The notes below the pieces were generated by a model. It saw only the letters and a list, made by a program, of their open reading frames with translations. It ran no database searches and had not been told where the DNA came from. Position numbers and translations under genes: made by a program. Shown piece after piece: positions 20,301 to 29,921 of a DNA stretch of 64,000 nt. The stretch comes from Thermoanaerobaculia bacterium (lineage in GTDB: Bacteria; Acidobacteriota; Thermoanaerobaculia; Multivoradales; Multivoraceae). The stretch's first letter is position 1; each line of letters opens with the position of its first letter. The DNA lies in contig OY761158.1 in NCBI GenBank assembly GCA_963664405.1, positions 1,728,001 to 1,792,000 on the forward strand, written 5' to 3'.

Positions 20301-20432
20301 CTAGCCAGAGAAAATGATGAATCTCATTTCCTCTGACTAGTTGCTGTTGGCGCCGAGGACGGCGCTCGCAGAGAAAATGATGAATATCATTTCCTCTGAC
20401 TAGTTGCTGTTTGGCGCCGAGGACGGCGCTCG
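20301..20432. repeat. Two tandem REP-like units (AGAGAAAATGA..TCATTTCCTCT hairpin, CTAG, GCGCCG-AGGA-CGGCGC hairpin)
   Basis: Near-identical ~63-bp direct repeat; same family as 57562-57669 and 59224-59258. Confidence 0.85.
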
Positions 20433-20499
20433 CAGGACTTGCTTCCTGTTCGCTTCGAGCGGCGTTTCCGGCTGAGGGCCTGTGAGAAGAGGCCATAGG

Positions 20500-21786
20500 A
20501 TGGATGCCGTGGCGGATGCGACTCGATCGGGCGAGCTCGACACCTTGGTCGACCATCTCTTCCGACGCGAGTCGGGGCGGCTGGTCGCCCGGTTGCTGCG
20601 AGCGCTCGGTCCCGAGCACTTCGAGCTCGCCGAAGAAGCGGTACAGGAAGCGATGATGCAGGCCCTGCGAAGCTGGCCTCTGGCCGGTACTCCCAAAGAG
20701 CCCGCGGCGTGGCTGTCGAGGGTGGCCAAGAATCGCGCCCTCGACGTGCTACGCCGTCGGACCAGCTTCGAGAACAAGCGCCCCGATGTGGTCTCACTGA
20801 TGGAAGCACGCCTCGAGCGCCTGCCGGAGCCCGGCTTCTCAGGCGAGATCGAGGACGACCAGCTTCGACTGATCTTTACCTGCTGTCACCCGACTGTCCC
20901 TGGCGATGCACGGATCGCCCTGACACTGAAGACCGTCTGCGGTTTCTCGGTCGCGGAGATCGCGCGAGCCTTCATGGCCAAGGAGTCGACGGTTGCGCAA
21001 CGGTTGACGCGAGCCAAGCGCCTGATCGCGGAACGCGGGATCCCGTACGCCGTACCGCCCCCTCAGGAGCTCCACGCGCGCTCGAGCTCGGTGCTCAAAG
21101 TCGTCTATCTGATGTTCAACGAGGGCTACGCACCGGGCGGGGGCGAGGCGGTGATACGCGCCGACATCTGCGAAGAGGCATGTCGCCTCGCGCGAGTGCT
21201 CGCGGATCACCCGCTCACCGGCTCCGGCGCCAGCCAAGCCCTCGCCGCCCTGCTGCTCCTACAGGGTGCCCGACTCCCCACCCGTGAGGGACCAAACGGG
21301 GAGATCCTGCTGCTCGAGGAACAGGATCGCACGCGCTGGAGCGCCGCCTGGCTCGAGGAGGGATTTTGGCGCCTTCGGGCGGCCATGGAGACCGAGGAGC
21401 TCACTCCCTACCACCTCGAGGCCGGCATTGCCGCCTGCCACGCCGCCGCGCCCACCTACGCCGACACCGACTGGCCTGCCATCCTCGCCTACTACGAGCA
21501 ACTGGAGCAGATTCAACCCTCCCCGGTAACGACCTTGAACCGAGCGATCGCGGTGGCGATGGTGGAGGGACCCGAAGCAGGTCTTCGCCTCCTGAGGCCG
21601 CTGGGCGCTGAGCGGGAGCTCTCCAAGTACTATCTACTACCGGCTACGGAGGCCGAGCTCCTTCGCCGCTCCGGGGAGCGTGACCAGGCCGCTGAGAGCC
21701 TCCGACGCGCGCTCGACCTCGCCACTTCCGAGCCGGTGAAACGACTCCTGGAAATGAGACTGGCAGCCTGCATGGCCGGCGACTGA
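20500..21786 (+). CDS. ECF sigma factor with C-terminal TPR extension (ECF42-like)
   Basis: AEEAVQEA region 2, DDQLRLIFTCCHP, YLMFNEGY, TDWPAI, LNRAIA; paired with YciI. Confidence 0.88.
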   Translation: MDAVADATRSGELDTLVDHLFRRESGRLVARLLRALGPEHFELAEEAVQEAMMQALRSWPLAGTPKEPAAWLSRVAKNRALDVLRRRTSFENKRPDVVSLMEARLERLPEPGFSGEIEDDQLRLIFTCCHPTVPGDARIALTLKTVCGFSVAEIARAFMAKESTVAQRLTRAKRLIAERGIPYAVPPPQELHARSSSVLKVVYLMFNEGYAPGGGEAVIRADICEEACRLARVLADHPLTGSGASQALAALLLLQGARLPTREGPNGEILLLEEQDRTRWSAAWLEEGFWRLRAAMETEELTPYHLEAGIAACHAAAPTYADTDWPAILAYYEQLEQIQPSPVTTLNRAIAVAMVEGPEAGLRLLRPLGAERELSKYYLLPATEAELLRRSGERDQAAESLRRALDLATSEPVKRLLEMRLAACMAGD

Positions 21787-21801
21787 GCCCCTCCTCGGCT
21801 G

Positions 21802-21830
21802 CTAGTGTTGTGTCTCCGACATGGCACTAG
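21802..21830. repeat. Collapsed CTAG-bounded mini element (only TIR-like ends remain)
   Basis: CTAG TGTTGTGTC TCC GACATGGCA CTAG; ends resemble TGTCGTGTC of the 53501 element. Confidence 0.55.
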
Positions 21831-21989
21831 ACCAGCGTTTCCAAAGTCGCGCTACAATAGCTCGCGGTCATTCTGTTCGCTGGCAAGGCGCGCCGACGTA
21901 GGCATATTGGGGAATATGTCGAGGAGGCGCAACGCCGCCAGCGGGGCAGAACGGGCCGAGATATGTAGCGCTACTTTGGAAACGCTGGT
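21831..21989 (+). mobile_element. MITE-like structured element, TIR type A (159 bp), CTAG duplication
   Basis: 17-bp TIR ACCAGCGTTTCCAAAGT / ACTTTGGAAACGCTGGT; CTAG at 21827 and 21990; shared core. Confidence 0.88.
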
Positions 21990-22043
21990 CTAGATGCACC
22001 ACAGCGGCGAGCGACGTAGTATGGGGCGACGAAGGAGATCGCT

Positions 22044-22777
22044 ATGAGGCCCCAAAGCTGACCCCCGCAACCCTCGCCCTGAGCTTGACCGCAGCCTGCC
22101 TGGCCTCCACATCCGCGACAGCGCAGGGACCCGCTCCGGACCGAACGGTCACTGTTGTAGGCCGGGGCGAAGTCAGCGTGGCTCCCGACGTGGCCATCCT
22201 CGAGCTGGCGGTCGAAACCACAGCTACCGAGGCGCAACAGGCTACGGCTGAGAATGCGGAGAAGGCGACCGCAGTGGTCGAGGCACTCCGGGCCAAGCTC
22301 AGTAGCGAAGACACGGTGGCCACGACTCGCTATCAGCTCGATCCCCGCTACGCCGCCAGGCGACCGGGCAGTCAGGCGCCTCCCGAGATCACCGGCTATG
22401 TCGCCCGTAACTTCATTCGCGCCGAAGTGCACGCACTCGACAGCGTTGGAGAGGTTCTAGACGCCGCGATCGAAGCCGGCGCCAACCGAATGACTCAGCT
22501 CAACTTCGCGCTCGAGGAGCGCGGGCCACACCTCGCGGAAGCTCTGAGCCGAGCCGGGAGCGAAGCTCGAGCCCAAGCCGTCAGTATCGCCGATGCGCTC
22601 GGAGTGAAACTACGAGAAGTCCTCAGCGCATCCACGACGGCTCCCCCAGCGGCTCCCTCGAACCGCGTCCAACGTTTCGCTGTATCGGCGGCCATGGAGG
22701 CAGCCCCCTCGACACCTGTCGAGCCCGGCGAGATCCACCTCACGGCGACGCTCACGGTCACTTATCGCATCGAGTAG
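22044..22777 (+). CDS. SIMPL (DUF541) domain periplasmic protein; probable 1-nt deletion in the C4 run near the start
   Basis: TVTVVGRGEVSVAPDVA, GEVLDAAIEAGAN, PVEPGE; AAGGAG + ATG 22044 is out of frame with ORF 22085 unless one C is added (gives MRPPKLTPATLALSL...). Confidence 0.8.
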
Positions 22778-22794
22778 CCGCGCGGTCGGCGGCA

Positions 22795-22848
22795 GACGGT
22801 GACGACCGGCACCAGCTCGGTCGGGTTCTCATCCTCGAGCGGAAACAT
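22795..22848 (-). pseudogene. N-terminal scrap of a rhomboid-family protease
   Basis: MFPLEDENPTELVPVVT resembles the typical rhomboid N-terminus (MFPLxDxNPT..P.VT); no continuation. Confidence 0.5.
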
Positions 22849-22875
22849 GGGCCTGCCTCGCCGGCCGCGACCTAG

Positions 22876-23046
22876 ACCAGCGTTTCCAAAGTTCGTGCTG
22901 CATAGCTCGAGCTCATTCTGTTCGCTGGCCAGGCGCGCCGACGCAGGCATATTGGGCAATATGTCGAGGAGCGCGGGGGCGCCTAGCCAACGCCGGCAGC
23001 GGGCAGAAGGGGCCGAGATATGTGCGCGAACTTTGGAAACGCTGGT
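22876..23046 (+). mobile_element. MITE-like structured element, TIR type A (171 bp)
   Basis: Same 17-bp TIR; CTAG left, CTCG right; core plus extra GGGGGCGCCTAGCC insert. Confidence 0.86.
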
Positions 23047-23054
23047 CTCGACCC

Positions 23055-23369
23055 CTATTGGTCGATCAGGCGCGCGAGCTCGAAGTCGAATCGGGTCAGC
23101 CCTCCGGCATCGTGAGTCGACAGGGTCAAGGTCACTCGATTGTAGCGAATGTCGATATCTGGGTGATGCGCTCGATCCTCTGCCAACTCACCGACGAAGC
23201 TCACGAAGGCGAGAGCGGCCCGGAAGCTCGGAAACTGGTAGGTACGCTGAATCGAGCTGCGTCGGTCGCGACCTTTCCACCCGGGTGTATCTCGTAGCTC
23301 TGCCGAGATCTCTTTGTTTTTCAGCTTGCCGGGTCGCGAAGAACCGCTACTCTTGGCTTCTGTCATCAT
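23055..23369 (-). CDS. phhB: Pterin-4-alpha-carbinolamine dehydratase
   Basis: AHHPDIDIRY, LSTHDAGGLT. Confidence 0.9.
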   Translation of the reverse strand: MMTEAKSSGSSRPGKLKNKEISAELRDTPGWKGRDRRSSIQRTYQFPSFRAALAFVSFVGELAEDRAHHPDIDIRYNRVTLTLSTHDAGGLTRFDFELARLIDQ

Positions 23370-23510
23370 CTCCTCCTCTTATCTACACTCCGTCAGCAGA
23401 TGCCCCACTCTAGTCGAAAAGCCTGAGCTCGAGGGCTGCCGGGTTTCTAGACTCGTAGGGGGGCTCGCCGTAGAATGACCTGTCTTGCCCCTTTAAAGGA
23501 GAGTCCTGAA

Positions 23511-24422
23511 ATGAGAAAGCCGCTGTCCACCAGCCTCCCGCTTCTTTTCCTCACCGCGCTAGCGGGCGCGGCCCTCGCCGGCGTTGCGCTCGCAGCCGAT
23601 GGCGAAGCTCGACTTCTCACCGTCGAGATCACCCCCGACGTCGTCTACGGCCACAAGAGTGGCATGGCCCTGACCTATGACGTGATCCAACCCGCGCAAG
23701 CCAATGGCGCCGGTATTCTCTACATGGTCAGCGGCGGCTGGTTCTCTCGCTGGTCGCCTCCGGAGAAGACGGCAGAGAACTTCGAAGGGCTTCTCGACAA
23801 AGGATTTACGGTGTTTGCGGTGCGACACGGATCGGCGCCGCGATTTAAGGTACCTGAAGCGGTAGAGGATGTGAAACTGGCGACCCGCTTCATTCGTTTG
23901 CATGCCGCCGATTACGGTGTCGACTCCGATCGTCTCGGCGTCTTCGGCGGCAGTGCCGGCGGTCATCTTTCTCTCATGCTAGGCACCACCGGCGACGAGG
24001 GGGATGCCGATTCGAAGGATCCGGCACTGCGGGAAAGTAGTCGCGTCGCCGCCGCTGTCGCCTACTTTCCACCGGTTGACCTCAGGGAGTCAGTCGGGCC
24101 CAACGATCGCTTCCCAGCACTCGACTTCGACCCCACGCTCGCCGCGGCGATCTCTCCCATTCTCCACGTCTCGCCGGATGACGTACCCACTCTCATGATC
24201 CACGGAGACAAGGACACTTTGGTACCTCTCCACAACAGCGAGAGAATTCTGAAAGCCTTCGAGGAAGTGGGTGTAGGTACCGATCTGATCGTCCTCGAGG
24301 GCGCCGGCCATGGATTCCGCGGAGCCCACGCCGAGACCGCGAGAGAGGCGATGGCGAACTGGTTCGAGACCCATCTCGGCGGAGCGCAGGCTCACTCGGA
24401 GGCCCAAAGCACCGCACGGTGA
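23511..24422 (+). CDS. Exported alpha/beta hydrolase (esterase-like)
   Basis: GGSAGGHL nucleophile elbow, HGDKD, GAGHGF; SGG in place of the HGG oxyanion motif; signal peptide. Confidence 0.88.
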   Translation: MRKPLSTSLPLLFLTALAGAALAGVALAADGEARLLTVEITPDVVYGHKSGMALTYDVIQPAQANGAGILYMVSGGWFSRWSPPEKTAENFEGLLDKGFTVFAVRHGSAPRFKVPEAVEDVKLATRFIRLHAADYGVDSDRLGVFGGSAGGHLSLMLGTTGDEGDADSKDPALRESSRVAAAVAYFPPVDLRESVGPNDRFPALDFDPTLAAAISPILHVSPDDVPTLMIHGDKDTLVPLHNSERILKAFEEVGVGTDLIVLEGAGHGFRGAHAETAREAMANWFETHLGGAQAHSEAQSTAR

Positions 24423-24579
24423 GCGCATCAAACGAGAGCGAACGATGACACTTGGCTATATCGACCCGGCGAGTGGAAGCTTCGTCGGTCCCTCATGGCC
24501 AAGACGTGCCGAACCTCCAACAGCAAGCTGCGAAGCCTTTTGGACACTCGCTCTCCCCCGGCGCCGCACCGAGTATCGA

Positions 24580-24855
24580 TCAACCGTATCGGACTTGAAA
24601 CTGTCCGAGCTCGGTTCGCTCCGTATCCTCACACATCTCGACCTCGTCGACATGGGCTCCGGGCGGACCCGTCCGACACCAGCCGGCAAGGGCCTCGATA
24701 TGTTCGCGAGGAGCTTCGGCGACCAGCTCCACCCGCCCGTCAGGGAGGTTGCGAACCCAGCCTCGGATCTCCAGCTCTCTGGCCTTCGCCATGGTGGAGG
24801 CTCGGTACCAGACACCCTGGACCCGTCCAGAGACAACAATACGGACGCGGCGCAA
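24580..24855 (-). CDS. acyP: Acylphosphatase
   Basis: VSGRVQGVWYR, GWVRNLPDGRVE, GPPGA; TTG start at 24855 inferred. Confidence 0.9.
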   Translation of the reverse strand: MRRVRIVVSGRVQGVWYRASTMAKARELEIRGWVRNLPDGRVELVAEAPREHIEALAGWCRTGPPGAHVDEVEMCEDTERTELGQFQVRYG

Positions 24856-24899
24856 AGCTAGGGATTCCGGCCAGATTCGAAACCGCCAGACTGAGGGAA

Positions 24900-25385
24900 T
24901 CAGTTGGGTTCGGCGACCGGGATGCTCTCTTCGTAGGTCACTTCCATGCGATCGAGATAGTGATCCCATTTGCGCACGCTGAGTCCCATCATCACCAGCA
25001 AAATAATAAACATGACGCTGTAAGAGATCAGCCTGGTACGGTTGCTGGTCAGCCCGAGCCGGCGAGCGCGGTACATGCTGAGGGCTTCCCAAGCGGCGAG
25101 CACGGTCAGGATCATGCCGATGATGAGATAGGTCCAGTTGAAAGTCGGCGTGCCATAGACTTCGATCGGGCCGCTCTCCTCGAGGGGCAAGTAGAAGTAG
25201 GCGAAGGCAACATAGGGGACCAGCAACAGGAGCGTAACGACGTGAAATACGACCCTGGAGAGGTTCTGCGAAAGGCCGTCCCTCCGCGCGCGCAAAACGC
25301 CAATCAGTTCGTTGCCGGCAATCAGGAATACCGCAACGGCGAGTAGAATCTCTAAGATCGTGTATGAGCCAAGCATCCCCTTCAT
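24900..25385 (-). CDS. Hypothetical membrane protein (about 4 TM)
   Basis: Four hydrophobic segments with an internal repeat (ARR.GL..N..R...). Confidence 0.72.
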   Translation of the reverse strand: MKGMLGSYTILEILLAVAVFLIAGNELIGVLRARRDGLSQNLSRVVFHVVTLLLLVPYVAFAYFYLPLEESGPIEVYGTPTFNWTYLIIGMILTVLAAWEALSMYRARRLGLTSNRTRLISYSVMFIILLVMMGLSVRKWDHYLDRMEVTYEESIPVAEPN

Positions 25386-25505
25386 CCCTTCAAACAGTCA
25401 GTATGAGCATCTCGATTCACACTATACGCAAGTGGCGAAAAGGTAATATTACTACTTTTGCTGACGATCCCACAATCTCGTCCTCATAAGCAGGAAGGAT
25501 CCGAA

Positions 25506-27254
25506 ATGCCCGACGACCCTGCCAAGAAGCGCAAAGGATGCCTGATCGTGGCCGTCGTGCTGCTACTCCTGCTGTTGATTCCGGTGACCCTGTTCTGGCT
25601 GATGGTACGAAGCTTCGAGCAACAGGAGACCCATGTGGACGGCGGCAGTGTGCTCGAGATCAACCTTTCGCAGCTATCCGGCGAAGGGCCGGCCGAGATC
25701 GACTTCGGACCTCTATTCTCCGTTCCACTCTTCTCACTATGGGAGCTCGGAAGAGTCATCGACCACGCAGCCACAGACGACGACATCGTCGCGGTGCGAC
25801 TCCTACCGAGCGGTGCGTCGGTGGGCTGGGCTGCCGCCGAAGAGATCCTTTCCCACCTCGACTCTTTCCGCGACTCCGACAAGCCAGTTCACGCTCTTCT
25901 CGAGTCTGACATCGTCGTCGACCTCGAGTACTTTCTCGCCACCGGAGCCGATCGCATTCGGGTTCCTGCAGAGAGCGCCGCAGCAATCAACGGCCTGGCG
26001 GCGGAGGCCCACTTCTACCGGGGCACTCTGGACAAGCTCCACATCGAGCCTCAGGTCTTCATGTACAAAGAGTATAAGAGTGCCGGCGAGGCCTATGCCA
26101 ACTATGAGATGAGCCCCTATATGAGGGAGTCTCTAGAGGTCTTGCTCGAAGCCACCCACGACCTATTCGTCAAGCGAGTCTCCGAGCGTCGGGGCCTTCC
26201 TATCGATAGCATTCACGCATTCCTCGAGCGCGGACTGGCACCTGCTCGAGCCCTGGTCGAGGCCGGCCTGGTGGACAACCTAGGCTTCCGCGAGGACCTC
26301 GAAGAGGAGCTCGGCGGAATCGACGGAAGCGATGGATATCGAGGCATCAGCGTCGGCGACTACCTGGCTTCCCTACCGGACACGACCCGACGAGGGGAGA
26401 AGATCGCTCTCGTTTTCGGCGAAGGTCCGGTGGTGACCCGGGCTTCGTCGTCGCTCTTCCCGCTGCTGTCGACCCGGATTCTTGCCGGTAACCGGGTAGC
26501 AGCCGACATTCGTGAAGCCACCGCGGACGACCAGGTGCGTGCCATCGTTTTTCGAGTCAACAGCCCAGGTGGATCCGTATTGGGGTCAGACCTGGTCCGT
26601 CGCGCCGTCGTGTCGGCTCAAGCGGCCGGCAAGCCGGTGGTAGTGAGCATGTCTGACATGGCCGCCTCGGGCGGCTACTGGGTGTCGATGGAGGCTGACG
26701 CCATCGTCGCCCAGGCCACCACGATAACCGGCTCTATCGGAGTGCTCTTCACCAAGCTCAATCTCGACGGCTTCTTTGCCTGGCTCGGCACCCACGTGGA
26801 GCGAGTCGCAACCTCTCCCGCCGCCCATGTGTTGAGCACCGGTCCTCTGGATGAATCCGAGGAGGCCGGCATTCGGGCGTGGATGGACGAGGTCTACGCC
26901 TCCTTCACCGGCCACATCGCAACCGCCCGCGGCCTCGATCCTGAGAAGGTGCAAGAGATCGCTCGGGGGCGAGTCTGGTCGGGTCAGGACGCCCTCGAGC
27001 TCGGCCTCGTAGACCGCCTCGGAGGACTCCGAGAGGCCTTTGAGATCGCCAAGGAGAAGGCCGGGCTCGACCCGCTGGTCGAGTACGGGGTCACCGTCTT
27101 CCCTCGCCCCAAATCCCTCTTCACCAGGCTCTTCGAGGGCGACCTCGAGGCTCCAAGTATGCCCATCCTGGAGCGAAGTGCTCTGATCGAGTGGGCTCGC
27201 GGACTCGCGGCCCCTCAGGTGCAGGCCCGCGCGCCCCACATCCGCATCCACTAG
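25506..27254 (+). CDS. sppA: Signal peptide peptidase SppA, long form
   Basis: YKSAGE, RVNSPGGS, AASGGY, TITGSIGV, GRVWSG. Confidence 0.93.
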   Translation: MPDDPAKKRKGCLIVAVVLLLLLLIPVTLFWLMVRSFEQQETHVDGGSVLEINLSQLSGEGPAEIDFGPLFSVPLFSLWELGRVIDHAATDDDIVAVRLLPSGASVGWAAAEEILSHLDSFRDSDKPVHALLESDIVVDLEYFLATGADRIRVPAESAAAINGLAAEAHFYRGTLDKLHIEPQVFMYKEYKSAGEAYANYEMSPYMRESLEVLLEATHDLFVKRVSERRGLPIDSIHAFLERGLAPARALVEAGLVDNLGFREDLEEELGGIDGSDGYRGISVGDYLASLPDTTRRGEKIALVFGEGPVVTRASSSLFPLLSTRILAGNRVAADIREATADDQVRAIVFRVNSPGGSVLGSDLVRRAVVSAQAAGKPVVVSMSDMAASGGYWVSMEADAIVAQATTITGSIGVLFTKLNLDGFFAWLGTHVERVATSPAAHVLSTGPLDESEEAGIRAWMDEVYASFTGHIATARGLDPEKVQEIARGRVWSGQDALELGLVDRLGGLREAFEIAKEKAGLDPLVEYGVTVFPRPKSLFTRLFEGDLEAPSMPILERSALIEWARGLAAPQVQARAPHIRIH

Positions 27255-27427
27255 CGGACCGTAACACTCGAACGTTTAGTGGCTGAGTGAGTCATTCGTG
27301 GTCGAGATCAAGGCGCGCTGACGCAGGCATAGCGGGGACTATGTCGAGGAACGTGGGGGCGCCCAGCCAACGCAGAGATCGGCCGCGAGGGCCGCTCAGG
27401 CGCTAAACGTTTGGGTGTTACGGTCCA
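27255..27427 (+). mobile_element. MITE-like structured element, TIR type B (173 bp), CTAG duplication
   Basis: (C)GGACCGTAACAC..GTGTTACGGTCCA; CTAG at 27251 and 27428; core plus GGGGGCGCCCAGCC insert. Confidence 0.9.
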
Positions 27428-28273
27428 CTAGGGCTCGATGGGGGCCTCGGGATCGTGGAAGTCGGTCCACCTCCCGAGGTACTGGCCTCCGTCGGCAACG
27501 ATCGAAGACCCGTTTATGTATCGGGCGGCGGGCGAGCATAGGAAGAGAGCGATCGCCGCCATCTCGTCTGACTCGCCAAAACGGTGGGCGGGGATCTCAC
27601 GCAGAGCGTAGGCCGCGTGGTCGTCCTTGTCGGAGTGAGCGAACTCTTCTTCATTGAGACCCCGCGTCTGGACCATTCCCGGCGCCAGCGCGTTCACCGT
27701 GACGTCGCGATGCGCCCAGTGGTAAGCGAGGCTCTTGCTCAGGCTGACGACTCCTGCGCGGGCCGCTCCCGAGTGCGCCCAATCCGGCCCGCCGCGATCG
27801 AAGGAGTAGATGTGAACGACGTTGACGATCGAGCCGAAGCCCCGCGACAACATGTGGCGTCCGAAGCGCGAGCACATGTTCCAAGTGCCGTTGAGATTGA
27901 GATCGACGACCGCGCGCCAGCCCCCGTCACTGATCTCGGTGGGGCGGGCGGGAAATTGTCCGCCGGCATTGTTGATCAGGAAATCCACCTGGCCGAAGCG
28001 CTCGATGCTCCCCTCCAACAACGCCTCGACCTCGCCGATCTCGCGAATGTTTGTCGGCATCGACAGGCATTCGGCGCCTAGCGACGTCAACTCTTCCTCG
28101 GTCGGATCGAGATTCTCACGGTGCCGACTCGCGATCACGACATTGGCGCCGTAGCGGCCAAAAGCAAGAGCAATTCGTCGCCCTATCCCGCGCCCGCCAC
28201 CGGTCACGACGACGGTGCGCCCCGCGAACAAACCCGGGGCGAATACATTCAGAGATGCGTGAAAGTCAATCAT
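27428..28273 (-). CDS. SDR oxidoreductase (2,4-dienoyl-CoA / trans-2-enoyl-CoA reductase-like)
   Basis: TGGGRGIG, NNAGGQF, HSGAARAG, DGG; start MIDFH inferred. Confidence 0.88.
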   Translation of the reverse strand: MIDFHASLNVFAPGLFAGRTVVVTGGGRGIGRRIALAFGRYGANVVIASRHRENLDPTEEELTSLGAECLSMPTNIREIGEVEALLEGSIERFGQVDFLINNAGGQFPARPTEISDGGWRAVVDLNLNGTWNMCSRFGRHMLSRGFGSIVNVVHIYSFDRGGPDWAHSGAARAGVVSLSKSLAYHWAHRDVTVNALAPGMVQTRGLNEEEFAHSDKDDHAAYALREIPAHRFGESDEMAAIALFLCSPAARYINGSSIVADGGQYLGRWTDFHDPEAPIEP

Positions 28274-28371
28274 ATTGGAGCGCCCACCCTGCGTTCCACC
28301 GCCTACTTCAAAGAGGCGGAATCTTACCATCGACAAAAAGAGGATCAATTCCTCTCTCTGGGGCCAACCGT

Positions 28372-28914
28372 TTAGTACGCGCGCACCGAAAACAACCGAC
28401 TCCCTGAAGTGGGGCTGCCACTCCAAGTGAGGCGCAGCCGCTGCACCTGTTGGTCCTCCGCCTGCCATGCCGGAGCACTGCTCAGATCGAAGCGAATCAG
28501 CTTCGGACTCGCCGCTGTCGAGACGACAGAGCGGTTGGGGGTGAAAGCATCGTCCTGCGCCCACCACAGTCTGAAAACCAGCGCATCGAGGCCTTCTCCT
28601 TCGAGCATCAACCCGTCGATCTCCGGCGCCAAGAGATAGACCGACCAGTGGAATCGCCCCTCCGCGCCCTCGAGCGCCAGGCCTCCCTCATCACAGGTCA
28701 CGGTCGTCGAGTCCTGCCGAAACTTCCACAGGTCCTCACCCATGTTGCAGCCGGCGATCCAATAGTGAACGCCACGGGGGTCCCAAGGCGCTGAGCGAGA
28801 GGGGCCGGCTGACGAATCGACGGCTGACTCCCTGCCTCCCTCTCCGCCAGAAGGAGGGACGCAAGCGAGACAGACGAAGCCGATCGACAGCCCGGCAATG
28901 CCGAGAACAGACAT
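28372..28914 (-). CDS. Hypothetical lipoprotein
   Basis: MSVLGIAGLSIGFVCLAC hydrophobic leader with lipobox-like LAC. Confidence 0.55.
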   Translation of the reverse strand: MSVLGIAGLSIGFVCLACVPPSGGEGGRESAVDSSAGPSRSAPWDPRGVHYWIAGCNMGEDLWKFRQDSTTVTCDEGGLALEGAEGRFHWSVYLLAPEIDGLMLEGEGLDALVFRLWWAQDDAFTPNRSVVSTAASPKLIRFDLSSAPAWQAEDQQVQRLRLTWSGSPTSGSRLFSVRAY

Positions 28915-28934
28915 CGCGGTCGGTCGAAGATCTG

Positions 28935-29313
28935 TCGAGGCGATACTAGTGGACCGTAACACTTGAACGTTTAGTGGCTGAGCGAGTCATCGTGGTCGAG
29001 ATCAAGGCGCGCCGACGCAGGCATAGCGGGGACTATGTCGAGGAGGCGCAACGTAGAGATCGGCCGCGAGGGCCGCTCAGGCGCTAAACGTTTGGGTGTT
29101 ACGGTCCACTAGGGTGACTCAGCGATGCGGGCACTTGAGCCTCGCGCTCGAAGCGCGCCATCCGTTGCTCGTCCGAGGCGAAAGCCTCTCGGGAAGCACC
29201 TTGAGGGCGACGGCGCGGTTGAGCCGGGTGTCGATTGCTCGATATACCTCGCCCATCCCGCCTTCGCCGACTCTGGCGCTAATCTCGAAATGGCCGATCA
29301 ACTTGCCGATCAC
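28935..29313 (-). pseudogene. N-terminal remnant of a Hanks-type Ser/Thr kinase, interrupted by the MITE and frameshifted
   Basis: [42 protein letters not shown] / [25 protein letters not shown] |MITE| SIAS. Confidence 0.85.
28950..29108 (+). mobile_element. MITE-like structured element, TIR type B (159 bp), inserted in a kinase remnant
   Basis: TGGACCGTAACAC TIR; CTAG at 28946 and 29109. Confidence 0.9.
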
Positions 29314-29375
29314 GTTTCTCGCCCCGATTCTTGGCCAGGGGGAAGTCATAGTGTATGTCAGACTCACGGCCCAGA

Positions 29376-29921
29376 ATGAGCACTTCAGCAACCCTCGCGC
29401 GCGCTCCTCTACCGCTAGGCGCCTGCATTCTCCTCTCCACTCTCTTTATCCACTTTGGGTTGGCGGCACAGCCGAGTCCTGCGACCTGCGGATCGGCCGA
29501 GCACCGCCAATTCGACTTCTGGATCGGCGACTGGGAAGTCTACGGACCGAACGGCAAGCTCGCCGGCACCAATCGCGTCGAAAAGATCCTCGCCGGATGC
29601 GTGCTGCAAGAGAATTGGGAGAGCGTTCAGGGGGGCCAGGGCAAGAGCTTCAATATGTATTTCAGCCGCGACAAGACCTGGAGGCAGACCTGGGTAGACG
29701 GGGCAGGAGGTAGGCTCGACCTGGTCGGCGGACTTGCGGCGGAGCGCATGGTCTTGCGCGGAGAGATGGCCGGCGACAGCGGCGGAGCGAGGGTACTCCA
29801 CGAGATCTCTTTCACACCTAACGAAGACGGCTCCGTCACCCAGCAGTGGCGAGCGTCTCCGGACGGTGGCGAGACTTGGAAAGACGTATTCGTTGGGATC
29901 TATCGTCGTACCAAGGATTGA
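29376..29921 (+). CDS. Exported hypothetical beta-barrel protein (QFDFWIGDW family)
   Basis: [40 protein letters not shown]. Confidence 0.75.
   Translation: MSTSATLARAPLPLGACILLSTLFIHFGLAAQPSPATCGSAEHRQFDFWIGDWEVYGPNGKLAGTNRVEKILAGCVLQENWESVQGGQGKSFNMYFSRDKTWRQTWVDGAGGRLDLVGGLAAERMVLRGEMAGDSGGARVLHEISFTPNEDGSVTQQWRASPDGGETWKDVFVGIYRRTKD

Noticed and set aside
27428-28567. 379-aa version of the SDR
   Set aside because: The N-terminal 98 aa overlap the neighbouring ORF and lack SDR similarity; start placed at 28273.
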